From Podarcis vaucheri (lineage: Eukaryota): a DNA stretch of 64,000 nucleotides. A program made the position numbers and the translations under genes. The stretch is taken from the NCBI GenBank assembly GCA_965113315.1, contig OZ220371.1. One strand, given 5' to 3'. Below the pieces are notes generated by a model that saw only the letters and a list, made by a program, of their open reading frames with translations, was not told where the DNA came from and did no database searches. Positions 21,528 through 34,986 of this stretch are shown here, piece after piece. The first letter of the stretch is position 1. Each line of letters starts with the position of its first letter.

Positions 21528-24500
21528 CCAGCCCCGCGCCTGGCTTCCCCCGCCCTAGCCCCGCGCCTGGCGGGGGGGGATAATTTTTTTTTGCCTTTAT
21601 TTTCCCCCCCAAATCTAGGTGCGTCCTATGGACCGGTGCGTCCAATAGTGTGAAAAATACGGTAAGATTGAAAGTCATACAGCAACAGCAGGAACAGCCC
21701 CCACTTCCCCCAAAAAGAATCCCTAAAAATCTGGCATTCACCCCAAAATACACTGCTGAGAACCACAAGGAATTGAAGCATACAGTGATGAGTTAAAATG
21801 TCAATACATCTTAAAATGATGAAATATTAATATTTCTAATATCATGCTTATTACCTTAATAGGAAATATTTTACATTAATAACCATCGAACAGATGGAAC
21901 AATTAAATATGGTGCTCTCATCTAGTAATCAAAGCTTTGATTAAATTGTTACTTAATTCTGTTCTCCATTCAATCCTCTCAAAGAAGCAATTAAAGTGAA
22001 GTTATATCAAAAAGCAAATTTATTGGCAGTGAGAAATATCCTCGTCAAACTCAAGAGAAGAACCTAAAAGTTTCCTTCCTCTATGAGAAGGCAGGCCTTT
22101 GCAGCCTTTAGATCCAAAATTAAATTAATGCCAGATGATGTTTTCATTTATTCTTACACTACCAATGATGAAAGTTTGGGCTGTTGTAGATTATAATTAT
22201 AATTTGAAGGTTCTTTTATGTGTCACATGATTAAAGTGGTACATCTGTAAATGCACAGGTTTTCATATGTAGCAAAGCAACTTAAAGCAGTCAGACTACA
22301 GTGTTCAAATAAACTCTCTTTCCCCAAGGCAGTAGCAAAGAGGGGTAAAACTCATTCCGCACATGAGTGAAACTCATCTTGTACTTATGGAGGGCCTACA
22401 GGATTATTTACTCATTATATATAATGTGCATGTAAGTCTAGTCCAGGAGTTCTAGCATATCTAAGAATAGCTGTTTATTCTTCTGCTTAAGCTTTTTCAA
22501 TCCATACAATGCTAGAGTACCAGTAGGCAAGCTAAAAGACCACCTCTGAAATTCAAGAGTGATGAAAGACATGACCAAGCAATTTATCAGATGAAATGAA
22601 CTTATCTGTATCAATTAAGCTTTATTCTATTTTTCTTTTAAATTGTGCTAATTTTTTTTACAGTTTTATATATATAATTAAGTTTTTGGCCTGCAATTCT
22701 TTTTAGTATACCCATCAATGATATATACAGCAATCATCAAAACCACTTACAATCCTTTTTTAAAGTACTGTATTTTCATTGAATTTTCAATTATCCTAAT
22801 TTAATACGGTCCATTTAGAACACTGGATACTACTTTAACTCTGTTTTAGTAACCCCAAGTTAATTAACAGATGGACCGCATTTGTTTAATTTTTCATATA
22901 TTAGGTTTTTATCCTACGCTTCTTTTAAGGAGTAAAACTGCACATGTGCTCTTATTCCCACCCCCACCCCTTTCATTTTATCCTTACCAACAAGTGAGTT
23001 TTATGCTTAAGTGTGGGCTGTAACCTAGATCTTCCCGGATAAATTTCACAGCACAATTTAGCCACTAAACCGCATTGACTCTCAGGGAACCAAGTGTTCA
23101 TTGAACCAATGCAGCATCCATGTCTAAGGAAAAGAAAAACTGCACAATTTGACACAGTTCATTTAAAAAGCCTCAACAATGCAACCTCACAAGTGATTCA
23201 CCAAGTCTCACTCTCCCCGACACATCAGAATCAAAGAAAAGGGAAACACTGTAAATTTAGCCTTCCTTTTTTGCAATATTTCTCCATCTTATATATGGTG
23301 CATCTTGATCTATTTTAAGTTGAAATAACTATGACCCAAAAGATTCAATTAGAACATATCATGCAAATTAATGATGTTATACATACATTAAACATTTTAG
23401 CAGAAATTTTATTTTAAGCATGTGTGTGAGGCAAGGAAAACAATTAACATAAAATTCCTATAACTCAACTTTTTATAATTACCAAATGAACTATTTCAAT
23501 GCTTTCTGTATAGGTTTCACTAGAAGTATTGAACTCCAGTTTATTTAAATGCCAGCAGCACAATTTATTCGGAGAAAACTTATTTTCATGGTTGGTGCAA
23601 CACTGCACTATACCAACAAAAATAGCTCTTTATATTTTCCACATCCTGGCTCTAATAATACCTGAATTCACTCTTTTATACCACACCATAACAAGCTAAA
23701 ATGGCAAGACAGCTATTTGGTCAACTTAAATACAGGTCATTAATAGATTTCTATTCCTTCCTTCACTGACATTTATCATCACTCTGTTTAGAGGATGTTC
23801 TACAAAGTCAAGCACCAGAATATTCTAAAGATGAATTAGCAGATAAAAATGTTCTCTGGTTTACTGGTTCTGCTATCTAGAAACACCATGCTAACAGTGG
23901 ATCAAATCAAACCTTCTCCCCAACCCAGTTAATAACCAATATTAGTTGCATGGACAATGTGCCATTTATCTGAGCTGAATTGAAGGTGCTGGTACTAACC
24001 TAAATGGTTAAATGCCTAAATGGTTAGGGCCCAAGGTGCCGTCCAGAGTATATCTCACAATGCATTATGATAATATGGTGGCGCCATGCTCAGTGAGACT
24101 GACCTCTACAAGGGGCAGAATCATTCTGGCAATGAAACCTCCATTACCTATGGAATACTGTCCCCTTTGCTGCCTGTATAGGTTTTTTTCCCATAAGGAA
24201 GTATATTAAAACTTCTTATTCAGTTAATCCTGAATCTGTGTTCTATTTTAATTATTTAAAATATTTTATAAATTGCCTTTCTGCCCCAAAGTAATATTAA
24301 ACATTAAAAAAGCAATAACTACCAAAATTAAAAGTAAACGGAACCATCAGTGTGGTTTTGTTGTAGAGTTTGGTAATGGATAATTTTGGATTGTGGTTTG
24401 TATGATTGCAAGTGCTCCCTTATGGGAAGAAAGACAGGTTTTAAATGAATGAAATGTAAGATAAATGTGGATACAGTTGACCTTTCCTACAATGCAAGCG

Positions 24501-24747
24501 AAGATTGGTACGAAAGTTGCTCTCACAGCATTGTAGGAACACATTGTCAAGCTCTCTTTATTTAAAGCTTATAATGTAATTAAGAGGACTAGAGAGACAA
24601 AGGACGGAAGAGAAAGGAAACCAAGGATGCATAGAACATGGTTCACTTTTATTATTTGCTGTCTACTCAGCAAATATTCCATTCGGTGTCCATAACTATT
24701 AGTGGAAAACTGAAGGACACTTATAGCACCAGATGCAGTATGCTTAC

Positions 24748-24973
24748 CTGTAATGAATAGACTCTATTAGTATGCCCTTGCAAGGTGTGTAGACAGGTTT
24801 CAGTTTCTGGATCCCATACTTTGACCATGAAATCATATGCTCCACTAACAACCCTCCTGCCATCATATTGTACACACCGGACTGCAGCTACGTGACCCAT
24901 CAGAACATGTAAACACTGGCCTGTCTCTATGTCCCAAACTCTCAGGGTAGCATCTCGAGACCCACTGACAACT
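24748..24973 (-). CDS. FBXW7: FBXW7 common exon 8 (226 nt; WD40 [14 protein letters not shown]...[10 protein letters not shown]...HTNRVYSLQ)
   Basis: Hand translation. Long polypyrimidine tract plus cctag acceptor, donor CAG|GTAAGC. Confidence 0.97.
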
Positions 24974-26154
24974 CTAGGAGGGGGGAAAAAAGAAAAACAA
25001 AAGCTGCATTTAGTTTTATGTGGCCATTTTAATTGTATTTAGTTCAGACGGCTACCTAAATAAGTTCTATGTATAAAAGCAGGTAATTAACCCATTCCTA
25101 TTGACAGACACAGTGGCTACAATCGTTGCTTCTGAAACGTTGGCACCAGATTTTAAGACTGAAAAATATAAGCAAGCTTGGTTTTCTAATGCCACTCCTC
25201 ATAACATATTTGACAGCCTTATCCTCACCAGCAACAAGCTGTTAGTAGCTTTGGGTCAACGAACCTATGTTTACCCTCTGAGAATGTTAGAAATAAAGTG
25301 CACCTGCTAATGTCCTTGAAGCAACATTAGTATTAACCTACTAATGTGGACCCGGACTTTAAAGATGTCTTTCCCCTTTAGCACTTCTCCTTAACTGGTA
25401 CAGAATAATCAGCCTATGAAGATTACAGGTTCATGAACTACCCCAGTTCAAAACTATAAGCATGTGTCACGTTTCTTTTAATAATGGGTTTGCAATTGAT
25501 ATTTTAATATTCTTTTTAAAGCAAAATTGCATCTGGAAGTTATCTTTAGTTCTCCCCTTTTCCGCTTAAAAGTTTTGCTCTATTTCTGTTTTAAGACCTG
25601 GACTAAGAAGCTACAATTCTGTCTACTTTTGATGCAAGAAATTCAGTGTTAAAAAGGCAATTATCAAACTGAGCGAAAACTTAAAGTAATGTTTAGACAA
25701 GCAGAGAAAGAAAGAGCCTTCCTCTTTGTCAATTAAAGTGAGGTGATTTTACCACACTAACAAGTAGGATGGCTATAAAAGAAAAGAGGCTGTTAGTAGA
25801 AAACAATTATCTGATTACATGATTAAATATCCACCTTGTGGTTCTATTCCTGCACTTTTCAGGTCTTCTCCCCCTTTTCTCCTTTGCAAAGTTTTCTATG
25901 TGATTGGGGTTTTTTTCTACAATTGTGCATAAAAACTCATTACAAATGTAAGGATTATTTATTCATTATTTATTTCAGATTGTATGAATAGATTTATATT
26001 AAAATATTAATTTTTGCAATTAAGTTTTTGAAGCTTATATAAGTTTCATTAACTGAGTTGTCTGTTCCAACTGAAACTTAATTAAGCTTGATTTAATGTA
26101 AAGTACAGGAAAGCTGAAGAAGTAATCAAATTACAATTGTTGATAAACAGTTAC

Positions 26155-26336
26155 CTTTTTTCATGCAGGTGCATGCAACGCACAGTTGAGGTATGCCCAT
26201 ATAATGTATGTATACACTCTCCGGTCTCTGCATTCCACACTTTAAGGGTTCGGTCTGTAGATCCACTGATGATTATATTGTCCCTCATTTGTGATGACCA
26301 AACTCCACCTGTATGTCCAACAAGTGTTCTTAGACA
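26155..26336 (-). CDS. FBXW7: FBXW7 common exon 7 (182 nt; WD40 [13 protein letters not shown]...[14 protein letters not shown])
   Basis: Lies in ORF 26151..26366. Acceptor tttcag, donor AG|GTAACT. Confidence 0.98.
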
Positions 26337-28012
26337 CTGAAAGCAAGCATTTGTCATGGTTACCATTTAGACAAAGAGGACAGATGACAAAAGATAGATG
26401 AATTTACCCAACTCTTCATACATATTTCACACAATGATATGCTATAATTTGTTACGAAGCTACTACACTGGCAGGCAAGTGATGATATCATAATTCAAAT
26501 GCAGCAGTATTGCATTTATAAATGGGAGGGGGGAGTGTCTCACTTCCCCCCATTCCCACACTGAAAAATGTAAGTCCTAGCTCGACTTGTAAATTTTACA
26601 TGAGGCAATACCTTTCATGGCAGGATTTTAGTGAAAGGGAAAAGCAGGTGTGGGTGTGTATAAAAACCAGTCAGTTTCCAACATTCCTTCCCAACTTCAA
26701 ACTGGATTGCAAGCCTCAACTTTGAAGTTGTAGAGGGATAACCATGGCAACTGTACTGAGCTTCCAAAGTCCTCTGTAGTGCAGCTCCAAGCATGGACTG
26801 TGGGGAGGGAAGATGGGCACTGCCCCTGACTTCAAGCAGAAGTACAGATAAAGATCAGAGACCAGCAGCCTGATCCTAATCCTAGATGTATTAACTACCA
26901 GTAATACGTAGCATCTGCTGTTGAAGCCTACACAGCAGCACTGTGCTTTGACTCCAATGGGAGTTCGTCCCATTGGACACTGTAGACATTAACTGGATCG
27001 TAGTGAAGGGGAAAGTGGGGTTCTGGAAACCACAATTTGGTTGACTATCAAGGACAGCCATTATTTGTGACATCTGTTCTCTACTGAATGACTTTCAAGC
27101 TTTATTTTAAGTCTAATTCAATGCCAGTGTTTAACAAAAGTCTTACATTTGTTACTGAAGTTGCTCTACCAGCCATTTGGAATATGAGAAAACCAGCTTA
27201 GATAAAGGATTGCTAACAAATTACCATTGATAACATTGGATTCATATAAAAGAATACAAGACAGGCAGACAAACATTTAGAAACATGATACATGTTACAT
27301 CAGACACAGAAATGATAAACATATATTCATATTTACTGGAAAACATGTGGCAAATAATTCCATAGCAAAATTACTGTCAAAGAACTACCATTTATTTCTA
27401 ATGGTGTATGAGTTGTGACTCTGGTAGAGCACACAAAGTAACTTATAAAAATACAAGTTTTTATGAAAAAAATCAAATAACATTTTCAATAGGACAAAGT
27501 GCATTTGAAACTATCATAGTTTAAAAGGTAAATAAATGTAAGAATACTACAAAAATATCCTGACATATAATAATTATGAGTTGGATCCAGTAAACTGGGA
27601 GCCAAAGGAAGAGAATCCCTGTTGCTGTTCTGCAAACATGTGCAGTAGAGTTCATGCAGTGCTGAGACAGTAAATTCTGTAGCATTTCTCAACCACCCAA
27701 AAGAAACCCTCCAATCTCTTGCACTGGTGAAAGAACAGCTTTTAGTTGACCTGGCCCATATACTTTAAAGCTTTTCTTGTGCTTTTCTGATGAAGTCTGA
27801 GTAACAGAATTCAAGAATTACTAGCCAGTTTGAGTTAACACTCAGTGGCCCAGCTCAGACATTAACTGGGATCTTTAGTTTAAAACAAACCATAATTCAG
27901 TTTCAGAATGGGAGTGGAAGTAGCATGCAGCTAATGTATGCCTGATCAGGAAAAATTCTGTCAACATATTTAGGATGAATTTGATTAGAACACAATTAAC
28001 AATTTGGCTTAC

Positions 28013-28126
28013 CTTTCCTGTAACTGCCGACCAAACCTTTAATGTATTATCATCAGAGCCACTCACTATTCGGTTGCCACAGAACTGTAGACAAGTGATC
28101 ACATGATCATCATGACCTTTGAGCAC
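28013..28126 (-). CDS. FBXW7: FBXW7 common exon 6 (114 nt; WD40 VLKGHDDHVITCLQFCGNRIVSGSDDNTLKVWSAVTGK)
   Basis: Lies in ORF 27875..28126. Acceptor gtcag, donor AAG|GTAAGC. Confidence 0.98.
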
Positions 28127-28330
28127 CTGACAATATAGAAGAATTTACATATACTTCACTACTACTCATGTATAGAAATTACAGGTTGGATTCTTACAAT
28201 TTTTTGTTATTACTGCTTTCTACGCATAAAGCTATTTTACCAACAGGAACAAACTAGATTAATGCTGCAATTTTTCTTACTAACAAACAATTTTACTTTT
28301 TTTCTGTCTGTTGCAACTATGCAAATTACC

Positions 28331-28366
28331 ACTTACTTACTTACTTACTTACTTACTTGCTTGCTT
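28331..28366. repeat. (ACTT)n/(GCTT)n microsatellite
   Basis: Seven ACTT units followed by GCTT units. Confidence 0.95.
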
Positions 28367-29656
28367 GCATGGACAAGTAGCTACCAACTATTAACACCTT
28401 AACATCCACCTTAAAATCATCTCCTACTACTACTGAAAAGGCCAAAAGCACAATCCCTGTAGCAACCATTTACATATCAAAAGGCTTGCTAGTATTTGAT
28501 AGTATTTGATTCATGCAGGCTGGTGAATGATATGCTCTGGACAGTCCATATCGTTTCTGGGAAGCAGTGAGGCACCAGTTGTAGTGCTTTCTTCTTCCTA
28601 GAACATGCCTGCAGCAATCTCCTGTGGTTTCCAAACCATGATATATGCTGCATTTTTAATCTGCCTTAGTTAAATATTCTCATGGTGGTTAGAATTACTT
28701 AGTGCTTAATCTCTAAGGCATTAAAAAAAGTTTCACAACCATGACTAACCATAATACTATTGGATAAGTATTAATATATAGCCCCACCTAGGTTTGTTAG
28801 CACAAACTAAATTGTAATAAGTCGTGTTAGTGCCTTGGCACTTAGTTTGATTGGAGGAAGGAATTGAACTCTTTGTACAATATGAAAGAAGACACAAAAG
28901 CTTTCATCAAATCAGGTATTAGATTGTGTATGTTGGAAATCACTTCATTTTATAATGCAAATAATGAAATACGTGTCATTGTGATGCATGGACAGGATAG
29001 TGAGAATCTTATGTATTTAATAGCAGGGTCCCCAAAAGGGTGCAATATGTCACAGTGTGCAGAGTGCTGCACTTTCTATGGGGCTCCTAAAGGCTTGAGG
29101 AGACCACTGGATTATAATATAAACCTGTACACTACTCCAACACAGGTGAGTTCTGTGCAAGTTTCCCCTGCCTTTCAGACTATTTACTTTCCCCTTGACA
29201 ATTGAGTTTCCATAATCACAACCCAAACCTTGGGTTCTGCATTGTAGCGGGTTGGACTAGATTACGCTTCCAACTCTGTAACGCTACGATTCTTGGTGAT
29301 TGCATAAAATAGCAGAGATATGATTCAAAAGATGGATATATCAAAGGATAGGGTCATATAGAATATGTAAGCACATGCACATGCATTCAGTGAATCTGGA
29401 TCATATAGCCACCTAATGTTCTAAGAATAGGCAACACCCCAATAAACACTCAATTTTATGTGTTAAAACACTTATGGCTATGACAAAAGATAATGGTGAA
29501 ATGCAACAAATGCTAAAACTTGAAGAGATTGAAAGTTCTTTTTTAAAAGTTTTGGTGTCTTTTAAAAATGTCAAACAATTTGGCTACTATTAAATAAGAA
29601 TAAGCCCCAATCCAACTTAATTCATTATATATTGTTCTTTGTTCAAAGATGGTTAC

Positions 29657-29793
29657 CTTAGGAGATTTAAGTTCTCCTCGCCGCCAGTTAGTATCAATTC
29701 TGTGCTGTCTGATGTAAGCACTTTTCCATGGACTATGAATAAAGCCTGGTTTTATTACTTTTCTCCTCTTGATATGTAATGGTTCATCAATTC
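29657..29793 (-). CDS. FBXW7: FBXW7 common exon 5 (137 nt; IDEPLHIKRRK...WKSAYIRQHRIDTNWRRGELKSPK, linker)
   Basis: Lies in ORF 29543..29884. Acceptor aatatag, donor AAG|GTAACC. Confidence 0.97.
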
Positions 29794-31326
29794 CTATATT
29801 AAAACCAAAAATCAGAAACAGGCAACAAATGTCAGTTTCCTTTCTCTCACACCCTTCCTTCCAAGAGAATAAAACTATTAGCAACTTGACTATACTCTAA
29901 CAGTACTTCCCAGCTGATAACACTCTGTCCAAATCTGTTCTGTACTTTAATCAAGACTTTCCCAGCCTGGTGCCCTCCAGATGTTTTAAGCTGTCACTCC
30001 CATCAGCCTCAGCCAGTATGGCCAATGGGCAGGGCTGGCAGGATGTCCAAAATATCTGCCGGGGACGGGCAGAAGCTGCTTTCACCAATATTCATTGCCC
30101 TCTAAGTATCTACCTGAAAAGCCAATACTGGAGTATCTATCCACATATCCTCACCAACTCAATCCCACCATCTCTTCTTAAATATCAGCTGTTACATCTC
30201 AAAACTCCATTTTATTCAAAGATTATCAATCATATATTGGTTTCATTTTCAAGCCTTCCATGGTTCTAAGATTTGTTTTCTTGAGATCAGCAAGACTGTT
30301 TCTTGCTGCTTATGTCTGCTAAGCTAATCCAGATTTAGTGCAGCATCTCATACTACTTATTTAATTATTTCCTTTGGGCACCTGGATTCAGAATTTTATG
30401 CCACTGACACTAATTATTTTTTTTAAATTCTCTAAAGTGCTTTTAAGCACTGTTTCTGCCAAAGGTTTTGTATATCCCAGCTCAATGATTCTGTGATCTC
30501 TTTCATTCATTCATATTACAAAGATAGTCTTAGGTTCTGTGTTATCCTCTTTACCCTCTGGTGCATCTCATTACTAGCTTGAAACTCTGGTTGCTGGGAC
30601 ATCCACCTCTTAGAGTCTGTTTGTTCTCTGGCCATTTGATCTCACAATCCTAGCAATAAGTACCAACAGACTTTTTTTTATGTACAGAGAAGCTGCTCCA
30701 ATTTCATCCACTTGGTCACCCTTTAACACAACAGCCAGGCTTCACATCTGGAGAGTCTTTCTTAAACTTATATTTTCTCAGGGAAAATCAACAACAAAAA
30801 TAAGCAAGAGCTTATTTTTGTAAGTTGCCTTGAAGTAGTTTCACAAAAGTATATGGTAGAAAGGCACTGAATTTAATTAACACTGGCTTTCTGATTTGTT
30901 TAGGCACCTTTGAAAATTCTTACCTAACCAGATTGTGCAATTGATAAGAAACCACTAAAATAACCACTTCTTGCTTTCCTTCAAGGGATTATTGGCTAAG
31001 AACACAAAAAACTGCCAAACAGAAGTTTTGCTTGCACTTGGTAGGCTTCACCTTCTGAGTTTTTGGAACCCTCTATTTCTATTGGATTTAAAACAATTCT
31101 GCTTCCTAACCTTTACAGTTAATTAATTTATACAAAGTATAGTTAATTTAGCCTGCAACTGACACATATATGGATTTTTATTGCTGGTGAAGGTACACGT
31201 ACCACATAGACCAAGCACAATGTACAAAACATGTTGAATTGTTTTTCCATAAAGGACGTTGAAAAATCTTTAAAAAAAACAAACAAAAACCTTTAATGAT
31301 TGAATTAATAGTTTAATGAACTTTAC

Positions 31327-31450
31327 CCTCCTCTCTGCACTTCTCTCTCCACAGAAGATTGTCTTCTGCCAGAATTCTCCAGTATCGACATGTCTGTGCT
31401 GCCTGCAGCAGGTCCTTGGGTTCCAGGAATGAAAGCACATACAGAGCCAA
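31327..31450 (-). CDS. FBXW7: FBXW7 common exon 4 (124 nt; F-box LALYVLSFLEPKDLLQAAQTCRYWRILAEDNLLWREKCREE-G)
   Basis: Lies in ORF 31313..31606. Acceptor ttcttttaag, donor G|GTAAAG. Confidence 0.97.
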
Positions 31451-32469
31451 CTTAAAAGAAGAAGAAAAGAAGAAGCAGAGATTAAACCCATTCTGGTTGC
31501 TGTACTTTAGGAAATGTACTGTGTCTTGTATTTTCATATAGCCAATGATTATCATAAGCACAGTGGATGCATTAGTAGAACAGACTGCTAAAATCAGAGA
31601 AGCCAAGAGAGAAGGATGATCTATTAAGACATACTAGTGGGGTCATAAATACCACGTGAATATGGGACAGAATTGATAATTTAGTTTAACGCAATGGCTT
31701 TGGAAAATAAAGTTTTCCGAGAAAGGCAAGCAAAACTGTAACTGCATAATACTTGTTTAACCTGTGTGACAAGGGTGTACCAGTATTCTCTGTAGCTGGA
31801 TATATGAAGCAAGTGATCAAAGGTACATGGTCCAGTTACAGGAAAAAAGAGCAGGAAAAATTTGAAGACTTCAAGAAAATGGAAAGACTGTCCGTCCCTA
31901 CTTCAGCAGTCTAACATGAACAGAGAGATAAATGAAGTTGGCAGCGTTGGACCAGACTGAGGTCTCAATGTATTTCCCATGGATTTTAAAGTTTAAAGCA
32001 GCAGGGTGGTAGTCTGATTTGGGAGGAAGTGTTTAACTGCACATCCTCCACTGCTCTACAGTGGTGGAAAGGGGTTAAGCACTTCCCCCTCTCGAATGTC
32101 TCTTGCAATCCCCTTTGCTAAGACTTAGAAAAATGTGTGTGCTGAGGTGGCGGAAGAAATGAGAGAATCACCTTTCACTTGTTTTGCTGCCTGCTGGCCA
32201 CAAGGAACAGTCAGCAGGTAGCTGCCTGAGAAACTCTGAAAATGTGGAGGTGTGGGGGGGAAATGTGGGAGTCTCCCATTGCTGCTGCATTTGTTTTGCT
32301 GCCTGCTGGTATATGAAGAAGGCAGCTGCTTGAGAGGGCTCTCAGCTGAATATGGGGGCGGGTGGAGGATACGGCAACCCTTTCTTGTTATCTGCTGCAT
32401 GCTCTACAGCAAGGATTGTTCTGAAGTTGTTGGGCAGAGGGGAGCCCAGGGCAGAGGCATCATAATGAC

Positions 32470-32690
32470 AACCTTGTTCCTGGCTGACACCAAGCAGACA
32501 CCTCTCTTGTACTCTTTCTACAGTGCCTGCTTAAAGCATATTTGTTTAGGAAAGTCTATCCAGACATATAGAAGTTGAAATGTTTTAATCTTTTACTGTT
32601 TATTTTAATTCTTTTAAAATGTTTTGAATTGTTTTTAGCTGTTTTAATCGATAATTTTAATATTTCTTGTAAACTGCTTAGAATCAAATG
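32470..32690 (+). mobile_element. Old L2 3' end
   Basis: LKxYLFRK-like end, T-rich 3'UTR and a TGTAAACTGCTTAGA terminal motif. Confidence 0.45.
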
Positions 32691-33094
32691 TTATAGAAAT
32701 TTTGTTAAACAAACAGCAATTAGATACATAAAATCAGTTTCAAATCCAATAATATTATATTGTTAATCTTAATTATTCTATAAACTAAAGAAATTAAGGC
32801 AGCTTGAATACAGACAGTACAAACTACATAAAAATACATAAAAAGGCAAGTCAGAGTGGTGATCATTATATAGAATGGCCACTTTCCCATTGTCTCTCCC
32901 CCAGCCCGCCCGCCCCAAATCTATTAACTGGCTAGCATCCTCTTTCGCAGCATTTCTTTGGAAATGTTCATCATGGCAACACTGTTTTCTTTTGTGTTTC
33001 GGTGGAGGCAAATTTAAAAATGAGAGTGCATTGTTTTTGAGCAGTTTTTCATACTGCAGTTTAAAAGTAACATTTGAGATCAAAGAATGGTGTA

Positions 33095-33329
33095 CAGTCA
33101 AACCTTGGTTCCTAAACAGCTCTATTTTGGAATGTTTTGGCTCCCGAATGCCAAAAACACGGAAGTGTTCTGGTTTTAAAATGTTTTTCAGAAGCCGAAT
33201 GTCCAACACTGCTTCCGCTTGAGCACAGGAAGCTCCTGCAGCTCAACAGAAGTAATGCCTCGGTTGTTTAACATTTCAGAAGCTGAACGGGCTTCCAGAA
33301 GAGATTATGTTTGACAACCAGTTTGGCTG
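33095..33329 (+). mobile_element. Degenerate Tigger-like MITE of a different family
   Basis: TA-CAGTCAAACCTTGGTTCCTAAAC at the left end; GTTTGACAACCAGTTTGGCTG-TA at the right end (imperfect TIR). Confidence 0.6.
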
Positions 33330-34854
33330 TATTTAACAGATAGCTAAAGGGATGGATAGGAGTAATAAAAAAGGTAGGAGCGTGATATAAAAACCACACA
33401 ATTATTTCACAAGTCTCAATTTATGAGTGGTGTACAAGAGATTTATAATCCAACACGTTGGGGAAAAAATGGGAAGTGGAAAGAGACACAATAAAAGGGA
33501 AAGATTAAATGATGTTTAAAGGTCTTAGGCGGGGGGCAATATATAACATGGGTAGGTGGTAGTTAAAAGTAGTCATACAATCCCAGCCTTTAGGATATCA
33601 GAACCATTGCAATAGCTGATACTGTTCCTCAAATGGCCTAATATTTCCCCGCAGTTTAAATCTAATGCCTTTGTGTGCCCTGAGGCTTCTTATATGCATA
33701 GTCACATGGTACATCTGCTCCTCCTGTGGTTGATAAAATCAAGGCTTCCTTTGTAAACACATGACAGCCACTCTCCCATGGAGGGATTTTAAACAGACTC
33801 TTTATCTTAGGAATAAAGGGCTTTATATACCTAAACATTTGTTTGATAACTAAAATAAACAACTGAGGAGCTAGACAAATGTGAAAGAGAGAGAAAATGT
33901 CAAAAAAGGCAAAAGATTTATACAATCTAAAGAGAAACCCGAGTATAAAAGAAAAATGTCACGTCAAAAACAAACACAAAAACCCAACAACCACGGGGTG
34001 CAAACAGCAATTCTTCTCTAGCTAAGAAATGATAAATAATTTAAATTACTGGTTTTCTATCTTATTTCACTGCATTTTTCATGAAAGAAGTGTAACAATT
34101 CATAAAATAAATGGTACTCCTATGTGATTATTTTTTTTGAAAGACCGCTCAAAAAACTAAGACTAGGGGGCAATCATTTCAGAAGGAGTGTAGATGGGTC
34201 AAAAATCAAGTTTTGAAATTTTACCTGGGCCGATTACATACAGACCCAAAGATTCTCAAATTTCGGATGAGACTGAGCATACTCAGGAAGCATCCATCAC
34301 CAGTCAGATGCATGGAGATTCTCGTGTCCAAGGTCTCCTTGGCCAAAAGACAATTAAAAGCCACCACTGTGATCTGGAGGGCTTGTAAAGGACACTTCTG
34401 AGCATACTTATGAACACGCAAGCCTTAAGAAAGAAGTGTACAAGACCTCTGCTGCTGCCAGCTACTCATTGCCTGCTTTTCATAATAAAAAAATTGCTTA
34501 GGAAAAGAGTGTTGGCGGCTGAGTTCCCCTAGGCTTAAACTTCCAAAGCTCTCTCAGGCTGCCCTCATAAGTACACTTACTTATCCAGAAGTAGATCCCA
34601 CTAAACACAGTGGCACTTAGTTTGCATAAAATGCAAAGAGGAAAGTACCCTGAGCTCAGAAATGACACCGAGCTAATTACAAGGTGAGCTGGGAGCAGGG
34701 GGAGAGAAACAGAAAATAGAACTAGCACAAAGAAACCGCAGGCAAGTCAAGATTTCTGGGTTCTTGCAATCAACGTATGTATAAGGTAAGTAGCTACAAC
34801 AGAAACAGTACCCATAGAAAGAAACAATGTAAAAAACTATTATGTTTCACAAAC

Positions 34855-34986
34855 TGATAGCTCAGTTAGTTAGAGAGTGGTGCTGACAACGCCAAAGTTG
34901 CAGGTTCGATCCCCGTAAGGGACAGCTGCATATTCCTGCATTGCAGGAGGCTAGGCTAGATGATCCTTCCAATTATGATTCTATGA
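34855..34986 (+). mobile_element. SINE with tRNA-Ile-derived head and the same CR1-like tail
   Basis: TAGCTCAGTTAGTTAGAGAGTGGTGCTGACAACGCCAAAGTTGCAGGTTCGATCCCCGTAAGGG resembles vertebrate tRNA-Ile, followed by TTCCTGCATTGCAGG..CTAGATGA..ATTCTATG. Confidence 0.8.

Larger units (their letters stand above)
20736..21662. mobile_element. Non-autonomous Tc1/mariner-superfamily (Tigger-like) element with internal palindrome and minisatellite
   Basis: 27-bp TIRs CCGTATTTTTCGCACTATAGGACGCAC / GTGCGTCCAATAGTGTGAAAAATACGG (2 mismatches). TA TSD at 20734-35 and 21663-64. Subterminal GTGCGTCCTATGG repeats. No transposase. Confidence 0.9.

Noticed and set aside
34855-34930. Possible tRNA-Ile gene (also tRNA-Lys-like sequences at 11924 and 46028)
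   Set aside because: Stems and anticodon arms are mutated or truncated, there is no poly-T terminator, and each runs into a shared retroposon tail. These are SINE heads.
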